Part shown: one piece after another, positions 1 through 14,100 of the stretch | Position numbering within the stretch: position 1 is the first letter of the stretch | Layout: every line of letters begins with the position of its first letter | Source of the DNA: Macrostomum lignano | Taxonomy: Eukaryota | Reading direction: 5' to 3' | Assembly (NCBI GenBank): GCA_002269645.1 | Contig: NIVC01002457.1 | Span: 43,693-107,692 of the forward strand | Length of the DNA stretch: 64,000 nucleotides | The notes under the pieces: generated by a model | The model's database searches: none | What the model was told of the DNA's origin: nothing | The model's input: the letters and a program-made list of their open reading frames with translations, nothing else | Position numbers and translations under genes: made by a program

Positions 1-119
1 GGGGGAAGTTCGAGAACTTCTGCGCAGTTTGACGGCACCTAGAAGCTGGGGAGAAATGAAACAGGATGGAAGGAAAAAGTTTTATAAAAATGCAGACAAT
101 TCACGCAGAACTCACATTA

Positions 120-1040
<921 letters not shown>

Positions 1041-1760
1041 GCAGGGCAGTGGCAATAGTCAGCCATATATCATATACCCAAGTCAGGCGCATCTCATGTC
1101 AAAATCATAACGTGCTTGCACCGAGCGCTCCAAAACGAATCAATCAATTTTTAGAGATTTTATTGTTATGGCTATGCGAGCTTTTGCTATCTACAAGCCA
1201 TCTCCACAAAACTATTTGCCTGAACTGAGCCACCCTCTCACGGGCCAAGCTGAGTGACAGGCGTGACGCTGTGCCTTGCAAACCCCATTTTCACTCATTC
1301 TCCCCGCAGCTCCGCTCACTCAAACCCCCCCACCCCCAGTCCTAGTTCAATATTGTGCAATCAAACACAAACAAGACTTCAATGTTGAAGCGAAATTGTT
1401 GGAGAATAGCGGAGCTGGCTAAAGCAGGGCTGAATTGAGTAGACTCGCCTTCTGGTTTGTTTGTCTTGCTTAAGCAGAAGAGAGAAGTAGAGAGAAAAAT
1501 AGCTCAAACCCTGCCAAGGTGCTTGCGGTGCTAGAAAATACTGGCTTTTGCGCCGCGCTTCTTGGATTGGTCAGTCTTTTAACAGTACGCTATCGTAGGG
1601 CAATATCCTGTCCTTGTGTGGGCTGAAACTGGGGTCGGCCACATACAGAGGGCCCGCGAAGCCACTTTATCCGGCCCTCGGGTCCTTTGAAACTTCACAA
1701 TATCAACCCGGCCCGCTCAAGGTTTTCGTCTTGTCTCATTCTCAGATGTCTTGTCTCGAA

Positions 1761-2523
1761 TCTCCTCTCTCCTCTCTCCTCTCCTCTCCTCTTCTCTCCT
1801 CTCTCCTCTCCTCTCCTCCTCTCCTCTCCTCTCCTCCTCTCCTCTCCTCTCCCTCCTCTCCTCTCCTCTCCTCTCCTCTCCCTCCTCTCCTCTCCCTTCC
1901 TCTCCTCTGCTCTCCTCTCCTCTCCTCTCCCTTCCTCTCCTCTGCTCTCCTCTCCTCTCCTCTCCTCCTCTCCTCTCCTCTCCTCTCCCTCCTCTCCTCT
2001 CCCTCCTCTCCTCTCCTCTCCTCTCCCTCCTCTCCTCTCCCTTCCTCTCCTCTGCTCTCCTCTCCTCTCCTCTCCTCTCCTCCTCCCCTCTTCTCTCCTC
2101 TCCTCTCCTCTCCCTTCCTCTCCTCTGCTCTCCTCTCCTCCTCTCCTCTCCTCTCCTCTCCTCTCCTCTCCCTTCCTCTCCTCTGCTCTCCTCTCCTCTC
2201 CTCTCCCTTCCTCTCCTCTCCTCTCCTCTCATCCTCTCCTCTCCTCTGCTCTCCTCTCCTCTCCTCTCCTCTCCTCTCCTCTCCTCTCCTCTCCTCTCCT
2301 CTCCTCTCCTCTCCTCTCCTCTCCTCTCCTCTCCTCTCCTCTCATCCTCTCCTCTCATCTCATCCTCTCCTCTCCTCTGCTCTCCTCTCCTCTCCTCTCC
2401 TCTCCTCTCCTCTCCTCTCCTCTCCTCTCCTCTCCTCTCCTCTCCTCTCCCTTCCTCTCCTCTCCTCTCCTCTCCTCTCCTCTCCTCTCCCTTCCTCTCC
2501 TCTGCTCTCCTCTCCTCTCCTCT
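1761..2523. repeat. (CTCCT)n pyrimidine microsatellite
   Basis: Pentamer CTCCT with variants; explains the LLSSP/GEERR ORFs. Confidence 0.97.
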
Positions 2524-3146
2524 CGTCTAAAAAATCGCCAACCCTTGGTTTCAAAGCCAACTATTTAACAACTGGACGATTTCTCCGCTTAACCATTTCA
2601 TTATAGATTCGAGTTTTTAGTCATCGTCCCAACAGTGGCCAATCAGGGCACGAGAAGAGCGAGAAGGAGGAGGGGAGAGGGAGGGTGTCTGCAGTAGGCA
2701 GAAGTGAGGCAATCTTATGCATGCTTTTATCAGCCCGCTTCTCTCCTTCAGGTAAAGGTATACGTTCCATTTTAAAGCGCCTGCATTGAGAACCCTACTC
2801 ACGTTTGAATAGCGAAAGGTGAGTATATACGAGTAGCAACACAAGGTTGGACCAAGTCATCAATTACAGCGTGAGGCAAGATTTTGGCATAGCTGATGTC
2901 GATAACTAATAAACACAATTTCAATATTTCTGCTGCCAGATTTATTGCTCAAGTAGCCGGTGAACTCTTGGATCGAACGATGGGGGGTTTTTGTTAAAAC
3001 ACCCGACGTTCCGATTGCAATTCTGAGGCTGCTTGATTAATAAATTTGATTGAAATTGCTACAGCAGTGAAACTTTTCTGTTGTTTTATCAGCTCTGTCA
3101 GATCTTACCGCAGGCTGGTCCACGGCTCGGCTGTTTGAGATACAAA

Positions 3147-4200
3147 TTAGCCCTGTGTCATTAGCCCTGTGTCATTAGCCCTGCCTGTGTCATTAGCCCT
3201 GTGTCATTAACCCTGTGTCATTAGCCCTGTGTCATTAGCCCTGTGTCATTAGCCCTGCCTGTGTCATTAGCCCTGTGTCATTAGCCCTGTGTCATTATAG
3301 CCCTGTGTCATTAGCCCTGTGTCATTAGCCCTGTGTCATTAGCCCTGTGTCATTAGCCCTGTGTCATTAGCCCTGTGTCATTAGCCCTGTGTCATTAGCC
3401 CTGTGTCATTAGCCCTGTGTCATTAGCCCTGTGTCATTAGCCCTGTGTCATTAGCCCTGTGTCATTAGCCCTGTGTCATTAGCCCTGTGTCATTAGCCCT
3501 GTGTCATTAGCCCTGTGTCATTAGCCCTGTGTCATTAGCCCTGTGTCATTAGCCCTGTGTCATTAGCCCTGTGTCATTAGCCCTGTGTCATTAGCCCTGT
3601 GTCATTAGCCCTGTGTCATTAGCCCTGTGTCATTAGCCCTGTGTCATTAGCCCTGTGTCATTAGCCCTGTGTCATTAGCCCTGTGTCATTAGCCCTGTGT
3701 CATTAGCCCTGTGTCATTAGCCCTGTGTCATTAGCCCTGTGTCATTAGCCCTGTGTCATTAGCCCTGTGTCATTAGCCCTGTGTCATTAGCCCTGCCTGT
3801 GTCATTAGCCCTGTGTCATTAGCCCTGTGTCATTAGCCCTGCGTCATTAGCCCTGTGTCATTAGAACCTGTGTCATTAGCCCTGTGTCATTAGCCCTGTG
3901 TCATTAGCCCTGCCTGTGTCATTAGCCCTGTGTCATTAGCCCTGTGTCATTAGCCCTGCGTCATTAGCCCTGTGTCATTAGAACCTGTGTCATTAGCCCT
4001 GTGTCATTAGCCCTGTGTCATTAGCCCTGCCTGTGTCATTAGCCCTGTGTCATTAGCCCTGTGTCATTAGCCCTGTGTCATTAGCCCTGTGTCATTAGCC
4101 CTGCCTGTGTCATTAGCACTGTGTCATTAGCCCTGTGTCATTAGCACTGTGTCATTAGCCCTGTGTCATTAGCCCTGTGTCATTAGCCCTTAGCCCTGTG
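3147..4200. repeat. 14-bp minisatellite (TTAGCCCTGTGTCA)n
   Basis: Near-perfect tandem units with occasional 18-bp variants (extra CCTG). Confidence 0.97.
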
Positions 4201-4776
4201 TAATCTACACTCTATAATGACTATTCTCCATCAGTTTTTTTGTGCATTTTATCTTAAAGTTCAACACAATATTCATTCCGTACAATATATCTTCATAATT
4301 TCTGAGCACTAAGGCACTGCGCAGTAAATCCATATGCCGCTACAAAATCCTTTTCACGCCAATATTTCTGTAGCAAAAGCAATTCTCTGGAGAAACAGAA
4401 CAAGCATTGTATAGTAAGTATGTCCAAGGTTGGAGCAAGAGTTTCACACCTGAGCACTCACCCACAACTCACTCTTCCAACCTCCAACCCCGCCCCCCCC
4501 CCCCCCAAGAAATTACGGCGCTGTACAATGCAAAAGAATGGTAGAAGGCGTTAAGTTTCACACCTTCATGGGCTGGTAGAGGGTTTACTTGCCAACACGC
4601 TATGCGAGGCTATGAAACTGCAGCCTCATGCCTGAGCTGTGTAGCAAAGAATAAAGAAACCCAGCATCAATGCTTCTTGGCGAAAACAGAGCCTATAGCT
4701 TGGGAAAGAAACTCAGCAACTTTTTATTGCAACTGCAAGCTGCCAGTCTCCAGACAGGGCAGTGTACTCTCCCAGC

Positions 4777-7700
4777 CTCCGATCCCATACTGATAATCTC
4801 CGATCCCATATTGATCATCTCCGATCCCAAATTGATCATCTCCGATCCCATATTGATCATCTCCGATCCCAAATTGATCATCTCCGATCCCATATTGATC
4901 ATCTCCGATCCCATATTGATCATCTCCGATCCCATATTGATCATCTCTGATCCCATATTGATAATCTCCGATCCCATATTGATAATCTCCGATCCCAAAT
5001 TGATCATCTCCGATCCCACATTGATCATCTCTGATCCCATATTGATCATCTCTGATCCCATATTGATCATCTCTGATCCCATACTGATAATCTCCGATCC
5101 CATATTGATCATCTCTGATCCCACATTGATCATCTCCGATCCCAAATTGATAATCTCCGATCCCATATTGATCATCTCCGATCCCAAATTGATCATCTCC
5201 GATCCCAAATTGATCATCTCCGATCCCAAATTGATCATCTCCGATCCCATACTGATAATCTCCGATCCCATATTGATCATCTCTGATCCCATATTGATCA
5301 TATCCGATCCCACATTGATCATCTCTGATCCAATATTGATCATCTCCGATCCCAAATTGATCATCTCCGATCCCATACTGATAATCTCCGATCCCATATT
5401 GATCATCTCTGATCCCATATTGATCATCTCCGATCCCATATTGATCATCTCTGATCCCATATTGATCATCTCCGATCCCAAATTGATCATCTCCGATCCC
5501 ATACTGATAATCTCCGATCCCATATTGATCATCTCTGATCCCATATTGATCATCTCTGATCCCATATTGATCATCTCTGATCCAACATTGATAATCTCCG
5601 ATCCCACATTGATAATCTCCGATCCCACATTGATAATCTCTGATCCCACATTGATCATCTCTGATCCCACATTGATCATCTCTGATCCCACATTGATCAT
5701 CTCTGATCCCACATTGATCATCTCTGATCCCACATTGATCATCTCTGATCCCATATTGATCATCTCTGATCCCATATTGATCATCTCCGATCCCATATTG
5801 ATCATCTCTGATCCCATACTGATAATCTCCGATCCCACATTGATCATCTCTGATCCCACATTGATCATCTCTGATCCAACATTGATAATCTCCGATCCCA
5901 CATTGATAATCTCCGATCCCACATTGATCATCTCTGATCCCACATTGATCATCTCTGATCCCATATTGATCATCTCTGATCCCATATTGATCATCTCTGA
6001 TCCCATACTGATAATCTCCGATCCCATATTGATCATCTCTGATCCCACATTGATCATCTCCGATCCCAAATTGATAATCTCCGATCCCATATTGATCATC
6101 TCTGATCCCATATTGATCATCTCCGATCCCATATTGATCATCTCTGATCCAATATTGATCATCTCCGATCCCAAATTGATCATCTCCGATCCCATACTGA
6201 TAATCTCCGATCCCATATTGATCATCTCTGATCCCATATTGATCATCTCCGATCCCATATTGATCATCTCTGATCCCATATTGATCATCTCCGATCCCAA
6301 ATTGATCATCTCCGATCCCATACTGATAACCTCCGATCCCATATTGATCATCTCTGATCCCATATTGATCATCTCTGATCCCATATTGATCATCTCTGAT
6401 CCCATATTGATCATCTCTGATCCCATACTGATAATCTCCGATCCCATATTGATCATCTCTGATCCCATATTGATCATCTCCGATCCCATATTGATCATCT
6501 CTGATCCCATATTGATCATCTCCGATCCCAAATTGATCATCTCCGATCCCATACTGATAATCTCCGATCCCATATTGATCATCTCCGATCCCAAATTGAT
6601 CATCTCCGATCCCATACTGATAATCTCCGATCCCATATTGATCATCTCTGATCCCATATTGATAATCTCCGATCCCATATTGATCATCTCCGATCCCAAA
6701 TTGATCATCTCCGATCCCATACTGATAATCTCCGATCCCATATTGATCATCTCTGATCCAACATTGATCATCTCCGATCCCATACTGATAATCTCCGATC
6801 CCACATTGATCATCTCTGATCCCACATTGATCATCTCTGATCCAACATTGATAATCTCCGATCCCACATTGATAATCTCCGATCCCACATTGATAATCTC
6901 CGATCCCACATTGATCATCTCTGATCCCACATTGATCATCTCCGATCCCACATTGATCATCTCTGATCCAACATTGATAATCTCCGATCCCACATTGATA
7001 ATCTCCGATCCCACATTGATAATCTCTGATCCAACATTGATAATCTCCGATCCCACATTGATAATCTCCGATCCCACATTGATAATCTCCGATCCCACAT
7101 TGATCATCTCTGATCCCACATTGATCATCTCCGATCCCATATTGATCATCTCTGATCCCACATTGATCATCTCTGATCCCACATTGATCATCTCTGATCC
7201 CACATTGATCATCTCCGATCCCATATTGATCATCTCCGATCCCATATTGATAATCTCCGATCCCACATTGATCATCTCTGATCCCACATTGATCATCTCT
7301 GATCCCATATTGATCATCTCTGATCCCACATTGATCATCTCTGATCCCACATTGATCATCTCTGATCCCACATTGATCATCTCTGATCCCACATTGATCA
7401 TCTCTGATCCCACATTGATCATCTCTGGTCCCACATTGATCATCTCTGATCCCATATTGATCATCTCTGATCCCACATTGATCATCTCTGATCCCACATT
7501 GATCATCTCTGATCCCACATTGATCATCTCTGATCCCACATTGATCATCTCTGATCCCACATTGATCATCTCTGATCCCACATTGATCATCTCTGATCCC
7601 ACATTGATCATCTCTGATCCCACATTGATCATCTCTGATCCCACATTGATCATCTCTGATCCCACATTGATCATCTCTGATCCCACATTGATCCCATACC
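4777..7700. repeat. 21-bp minisatellite (CTCYGATCCCAYATTGATCAT)n
   Basis: About 2.9 kb of 21-bp units with a few recurring variants; source of the three ~1000-aa repeat ORFs. Confidence 0.97.
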
Positions 7701-8511
7701 CATAGTGCTCCTGTACTGCATACAGAGCACAGAGTCTGTACACAGTTGTACAGCATTACTGTGATTAACTGTCTCTGTGATAAACTAAGTACACGATCCA
7801 GATTTGGTAGCAACTTAAAATGATTATGCCTGCAGTGCATATTGACTTTGGCTTGATTTTCCTCAATTTTTGTGCTTCTTCAGCATTTTGGTCAGCTGAA
7901 AGTGTCCCATCGGATTAGGGCATTGCCGCGGCCCAATTCGATTAGGAATAGACTAATTATTCTCAAGTCTGCTTGATATATGGCTAGGTCTGCTTGAGCT
8001 GCATAAAATAGGATTTTAACCCCCCGAGGGCTAAATAGCTCGCATCGGCAGTCTGAGCTGGACCAAAGATTTTTTTTGAAACCCAAAAAGTTTATTTTTT
8101 TCAGTAGCAACCTAAATTTAAAAGGACGCATTCGCTTTAGTCTACTTAGCAAAGCGTCTGCAGTAGACAAAATTGAATTTTTCGTAGAAATTTATACTCT
8201 ATATTCAAGCTGGACAGATTCAAACAGCCGAAAGAATCTCACGAATGCGGAGAAGGCTTTCAAAATCTAAATTGGAGGATGGGGGAGGGGTGTTGCGGGG
8301 AAAAGCCAGAAGGGTGGCAGCTGGGAGCTTTCGCATTTTCCGATTTGGCCAAATCCAGGCCAGAGCTGGAGGGCACGCGACCCGAACTCGCGTTACTTAT
8401 TTTTATTTTGCTGTCCCCGAGCCGCTTTAGAGACGGTCCTGACTTTTGCCATTCCTTGCTTGAGAACTGTGCCAGATTCCGCCCTGCAGTCTGGCTGTGG
8501 GAAAGTACCTT

Positions 8512-8711
<200 letters not shown>

Positions 8712-8844
8712 CTATCTATAGCCAGGACCTGCACCGGAGCGGTTACGAAAATTAGATTTCTCGGTAGTTGCACGTACTCTTTTGCACTACTTGAGTAGTC
8801 TGATTTTCGTTCGGCATGGCTAGTTCCAGCAGGTAGTTCCTCTG

Positions 8845-9840
8845 TGTAGTGATCCGCTAGTTGATGTTAGGCGTCCCACTTTGTCAGCAGTCTCCCTCGC
8901 CCTCGCCCTGGGTTGCTGTCTGCCGCTGGTCAGCTTCCCACCCCCCTTGGCCCGTCTGTTGCTGCCCTTGGCCTGTTCTGCCCTTCTGCGTCTCTGTTCT
9001 CAGCCCTCAGCTTCTCTGCTGTGGGCTGTCTCTGTTTCGTTCCCGTCCCGTTTTCCTCTGTCATGTGAGCAAGTCACATGACAGACTCTGCGTTCTTCGA
9101 GTCCTAAAGTGCAGTAAACATGTTTACTGCACTCGTTGGCCCTGTTTACCGGGAGAATCACGTGCTTTCGGAACCCTCCCTTCTCTAAGGAGAGGAGTGA
9201 CTCATGTTGCTAAAAATAGCAACTGAGTCACAGCCGCGTGTACTCTGGCCGGAGACCTCAAGTGACGTCAGTTCTAAAAATAGAACGAGTCACGAGGTCT
9301 TGCGCGCACTGAGACCCTGCCTCGAGATCTCAAGTGACGTCAGTTCTAAAAATAGAACAAGTCACGAGGTCTTGTGCGTGGGTGTTTCCCGGCTATAAAT
9401 AGGACCCCTCTCCCCTTGTTTCCGTCAAGGATTTTGGCTTCTTATCTGCGGAGAATTCACTAAGAACCCGTGTGCGTCAGTGTCTAACTAAGTGCCCTTT
9501 GCGTACTGAATCCGTTTGTACTGGTCTGACTGAGACCCCACTAAAGCCCAAGCCTAAGGGAGGCTAACACTGCCTTCCTAGCCACCCCTGAGCCCGGCGG
9601 GGATCTGCTGATCAGGACGCCTTGTTCATTAATCTGCAAATCTGCACACTGTGCTGAGTTCGTTGACTTGTTTATTTCGTTCCGACGGGAAGCTCACCTC
9701 ATCGAAGGCCGAGACCTGAAGGAACTGGTGGCAGCACTACCTACGCTACTGAGAGAGTTGAGAGAACTTCCCACTGAAGAGGCTCAAGATTAAGGTAATC
9801 CGCAAGGGCCTAAACCGGGAAGAAAACCCCAAGTATTTCA
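8845..9840 (+). repeat. 5' LTR
   Basis: TGTAGTGA...AAGTATTTCA; differs from the 3' LTR at about 3 positions seen by eye (one C-run indel, two substitutions). Confidence 0.96.
9109..9402 (+). promoter_or_regulatory. LTR U3 enhancer/promoter: forkhead palindrome, E-box, AP-1, CRE and MEF2 sites, TATA box
   Basis: GTGCAGTAAACATGTTTACTGCAC 9109-9132; CACGTG 9159; TGACTCA 9198; TGAGTCA 9224; TGACGTCA 9263 and 9335; CTAAAAATAG 9210, 9274, 9346; CTATAAATAG 9393. Motif matches only, function not tested. Confidence 0.7.
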
Positions 9841-9841
9841 C

Positions 9842-9862
9842 TGGTGACGCAGCGGTGGGATC
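9842..9862 (+). other. Primer-binding site, tRNA-Leu-like
   Basis: TGGTGACGCAGCGGTGGGATC starts 1 nt after the 5' LTR; complementary to the 3' end of tRNA-Leu(AAG/UAG)-type sequences (…UCCCACCGCUGCCACCA) except for a 2-nt insertion. Confidence 0.7.
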
Positions 9863-11105
9863 CGACTACGACACACCCAAGCCAACCGCTCTTTCGAGAA
9901 CGACATCGGCCAGTAACTACTACGAGTTCAACATGTTCAACGAACGAGACGAGAGCCGGTGCAGCAGCCGGCTGGATCAGCACATCAGCAGTTCGAGGCC
10001 TGCGGCAGCGGACGCCGCAGCAGCAGCAGCGATCAACGACTTTGGTCAGCAGCCGACGCCGAGGCGAGGTGCCAGAAGCGACGTGTCCGACGACCCGCCA
10101 GACGAGCTTCTGCAAGGCCTGGACAACATCGGCCGGAACATCACGCACCAGGACGTGAGGACCATGATGGCAGCTCTGCAGCAGCAGATGGAGCGGCCTG
10201 TGAGTAAACAAGTTAAGATTGTGAAGTATACTCCAAGTCAGGACATTCATGTCTGGCTTGCCGCGTTCGAGCAGCGTTGCGAGATGGAGCGCATCGTCGA
10301 CCCGTTCGAGATGAAGCAACACCTCATCGCGAGTCTCGATTTGGCTACTGCGTATCCAGCCTTGCTTGGTATGAATCTTCCGCGTTTCGCCAGCTACGAG
10401 GAGGTCAAGCAACGTCTGATTGAGCGATTTGCCCGTCATGGTGGTGCTGATGAGTATCGAGAACTGTTGCGACGTCGTCAACAAGGCAAGAATGAGTCAG
10501 CAGAAGAGTTCGCTGACGCCCTGAGAACTCTGGGTGAACGTGCATATCCTCGAATGCATCCTGAAGACCGCGAGAAGGAGATTACTGATCAATTTCTTGC
10601 TGGTATCCGGACGACTCCAGATCTGCGCGAACGGCTGTACTGGGTTCGCCCGAACAATCTTCTTGCTGCGATTCGAGAGCTACGACGACTAGAAGGCGCC
10701 AAAGAATTGGCGCACCGATCTGCTCAACCCCCGGTTAGGATGTTGGACGGGGAGGAGGACGGCGACCCGAAGCCCGACGTCACCGCCCAAGCCTTGCTGA
10801 CTCTAACCGACTTGATTGAGAAGCAGCAGCGAATGCTTGATCACCTGGTGCAGCGTGACCAACAGCAGGTAGCCAGTCCGCCAAAGAGAGCGATAATCTG
10901 CTATAGCTGCGGACAGCCCGGTCATCGCAACACCCAGTGCCCGATGCGCCAGAACCAGGGAAACGGCCAGGCGGAGAGCGACAACGGCACCGCCCTCCGC
11001 GAGGTCCAAGCCCAGGCTACTTGGCAGACTCCGAGAGGTCACCAGAAGAAGAGAATGTCGGCTGTGCAGGCGCCAATGCCCAGTCCGACAGTCGCTCGTC
11101 AGTAA
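9855..11105 (+). CDS. gag: Retrotransposon Gag (capsid-like domain plus CCHC zinc knuckle)
   Basis: 416-aa ORF (first ATG at 9933); capsid-like segment QGKNESAEEFADALRTL; CYSCGQPGHRNTQC = C-x2-C-x4-H-x4-C. Confidence 0.92.
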   Translation: MGSDYDTPKPTALSRTTSASNYYEFNMFNERDESRCSSRLDQHISSSRPAAADAAAAAAINDFGQQPTPRRGARSDVSDDPPDELLQGLDNIGRNITHQDVRTMMAALQQQMERPVSKQVKIVKYTPSQDIHVWLAAFEQRCEMERIVDPFEMKQHLIASLDLATAYPALLGMNLPRFASYEEVKQRLIERFARHGGADEYRELLRRRQQGKNESAEEFADALRTLGERAYPRMHPEDREKEITDQFLAGIRTTPDLRERLYWVRPNNLLAAIRELRRLEGAKELAHRSAQPPVRMLDGEEDGDPKPDVTAQALLTLTDLIEKQQRMLDHLVQRDQQQVASPPKRAIICYSCGQPGHRNTQCPMRQNQGNGQAESDNGTALREVQAQATWQTPRGHQKKRMSAVQAPMPSPTVARQ

Positions 11106-14100
11106 GTGACGCGGAGTGCGGAGGTTTCGTGGACACCTCCCCGAATCAAAAAATCCATGCGCGTGAGGCCGATCCGTACGTCACAGGTCGAGTTGCGAGT
11201 CGAGAGTCCCTTTCTTGCTAGACAGCGGCAGCCGGAAAAACTTCCTTGGTTCGTCAACCTGGGCCGCTATTAGACGCCGGATGCCTCGTTGTATTATATC
11301 GCATGCTAATCCCGATTGCGTAACTATGTATGACGGGACGCAGCTCCCGCTTGCTTGTAAGGTGACCATCCCGGTGGAGTTCGGTGATGTCGTCGCGGAC
11401 ACCGAATTCCTCGTTACGGTCTCCGATTGTGAAAATTTACTTGGCGTATCATTTATGCGAGAGCACTGCCAGAACTTGGACTTCGCTCAAGGAATGTTGA
11501 AGTTTAACAATGGCGCGTGCATCCCCGTTCGCTATTCGCGTCGTGAGCTTCAGAACTGCCGAGTGTACACCTCCGAGAAGTGCACCCTGCCGCCTAGAAG
11601 TTCAGCGCTGCTTGCCGTCAGACTGGATGACGGCCACCCTGAGAATCGAGGATCGCCATCAATTGTCGAGCTGGTTAAGTCGAGGCTGCATCCCAGCTGC
11701 AACGCTCTGGAAGCAGCGCCTGCTCTGATGACGATGCCTGAAGGTCGCGGCTACATTGAGGTCGTCAACACCGCTGACAGCGAAGTGTTTCTGCAAGCCG
11801 GTATCCGTGTTGGTGTCGCGACGCCACTCCGAACTGCCGACCTGATGTACTTGAGCGAGACGCCAGAACCTGAAGTGCGACATCTCCCGAAGAACTCTGA
11901 AGAGTCCAGCACAGCATGGCTAGATGAAGTCGAGATCAACAGCGAATTGTCCAAAGAACAACATCAAAGAGTGCGAGATCTACTAGTCGAATGTCAAGCG
12001 GCCTTCTCCAAGCACCGCTAGACGCCGGCCTGACTCACCTGGTGACCCACGAGATCATCTTGAAGGACCGGACACCAGTTGCGCTACCACCGCGCCGAAT
12101 CCCGCCTCATCTGAAGGACAAGCTCGACGCCCTGCTAGACGAGATGCTGGCGAAGCACATCATTCGCCCTGCCTACTCGAGCTACAATTCGCCAATGCTC
12201 ATCGTGCCCAAGAAGGACGGCAACATCCGACTAGTCCACGACTTCAGAGCTCTCAACGACAGGTGTGTGTATCACCCGTATCCGCTGCCGCACATCCAGG
12301 AAACCTTCGCGAAGCTTCGTGGTGCTCAGTGGTATTCCAGCCTGGACCTTGCTCAAGGATTCTGGCAGATCCCGCTGCGGACTGCGACCAGCACCTGACG
12401 GCGTTCTCAGTAATCGACCGCGGCCAATTCTGTTTTAACGTTCTACCGATGGGTCTCCACGATAGTCCCGGCAGCTTTCAGCGTTGCATCAATAAGCTCC
12501 TGGACGGCCTGACGCCAAAGACTGCGCTTGGCTACATGGACGACATCGTGGTGCACTCAGTGACTTTGAGGAACAGCTGGATAATTGCGAACTGTACTCC
12601 AGCGCATCATCGCAGCCAACCTCAAAGTGAAACCGAAGAAGTGTCATTTGTTCCTCAAGGAGCTGCATTATTTAGGTCACGTCGTGACTCCCGACGGCCT
12701 GAAGACCTGTGAGGACAAGATTGCGCAGATCCGTGATTGGCCCGTGCCACAGTCCGTTACTCAACTGAGACAATTCCTAGGCCTCGCCAATTACTACCAC
12801 AAGTTTGTCGACGGCTACGCTGGAGTGGCTGCGCCGCTGCATGCCCTGACGCGAAAGGACATTGGCAGCCTGCGGCAGCATTGGACTCCCGAGCATCAGT
12901 AGCGTTCGACACTTTGAAGAAGAAATTGTGTTCTACTGAAGTTCTCGCTCTGCCTGAATTTAATTCTCATCCTGCAGTGAAGTTTGTCCTCGACACGGAT
13001 GCCTCTGATATTCGAATAGGCGCTTGCCTTGGACAACTGCAATCCGACGGCGTCGAACGTCCAATTGCATTCTTTAGCCGTAAACTTCGCGATCCTGAGA
13101 AGCGCTACACGGTCACGAAGAAAGAGCTGCTTGCAATTGTGGACGCTATGCGACATTTCCGTCATTATTTAATTGGCAAGAAATTTGAAGTTCGATCCGA
13201 TCATCGGGCCTTACTGTGGTTACTGAACCAGACTCAGGCACAGGTATTTTAGGCCGCTGGATCGAACGCCTAAGCGAGTTCCGCTTCCAGCTCAACCACC
13301 GCAAAGGCAAGGACCACGTCAACGCCGACGCCCTGTCAAGAAGACCGGAGACACCACCGATCACCTTCGAGCATGGCCGACTCCTTGAACCACCCGGTTC
13401 TGCAGCCCAACCCGGTGCCGGCGACAGCCCCAAGACTGAGCGCCGACGTTTCCTGGAAACGGACTTGGACGCGACACCCGAGGCCACTGCCAGAGCAGCC
13501 CTCCCGAAGACTGTCCACTCTCGCTCCTTGGAGGCCGAGACTGACCTGGACGAAGACCTGGAAGCCACCGCGCCAGCAGCCTTCCAGCACGACGCCCACC
13601 GATGCAGTCAACGCCTGGAGTTCGGCCTGGACGACAACTCAGAGGCCACTGTGACAACAGCCCTCTGCAACGATGCCCACGCCGACTGCCGCTACTTGGA
13701 GACCAACCTGGACGAAGACCTTGAGGCCACTGTGGACACAGACCTCCTTGACGACGCCAAAGACTACAGGTCTCGGACTCTGGAGACGCCCACGGACCAA
13801 GATTCAAAGGCCACCGCACCAGCAGCCCTTCTGATGACGGCCCGCAACGCAACTCCAGGCAAGCAATTTAACTACAACCCCGCCGAGCCTTTCGCTGAGA
13901 TTTCTCGCCGTGTTGACAGAGGCCAGAATCTCGCGCCAGCTGCAAGGTCGAAGCTCTGTCCCCCGGGCCGACAGACAGCTGCTCATCGCCTGTGCGGAAA
14001 GTCGAGTCCCCCCTTGCGACACCGCCCAGTGCAGGAGAAGACTCACCCAATTTTGACTACGATTGAGCCGACGGCTACGCTGCCAGCGACGAGGCGTGCT

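Noticed and set aside
2617-3140. Splice-like signals (CAG/GTAAAG, AG/GTGAGT) suggesting exons of an unseen gene
   Set aside because: No coherent reading frame or homology could be reconstructed from the sequence alone.
3147-4200. 14-bp array as a telomere-like repeat
   Set aside because: TTAGCCC is not TTAGGG or CCCTAA, and the array is interstitial with a longer unit.
4670-7840. Three ~1000-aa ORFs (ISDPILI, GSEMINV, DDQYGI repeats)
   Set aside because: They are the 21-bp minisatellite, which lacks stops in three frames because the unit length is a multiple of 3. There is no unique coding flank, signal peptide or supported splicing.
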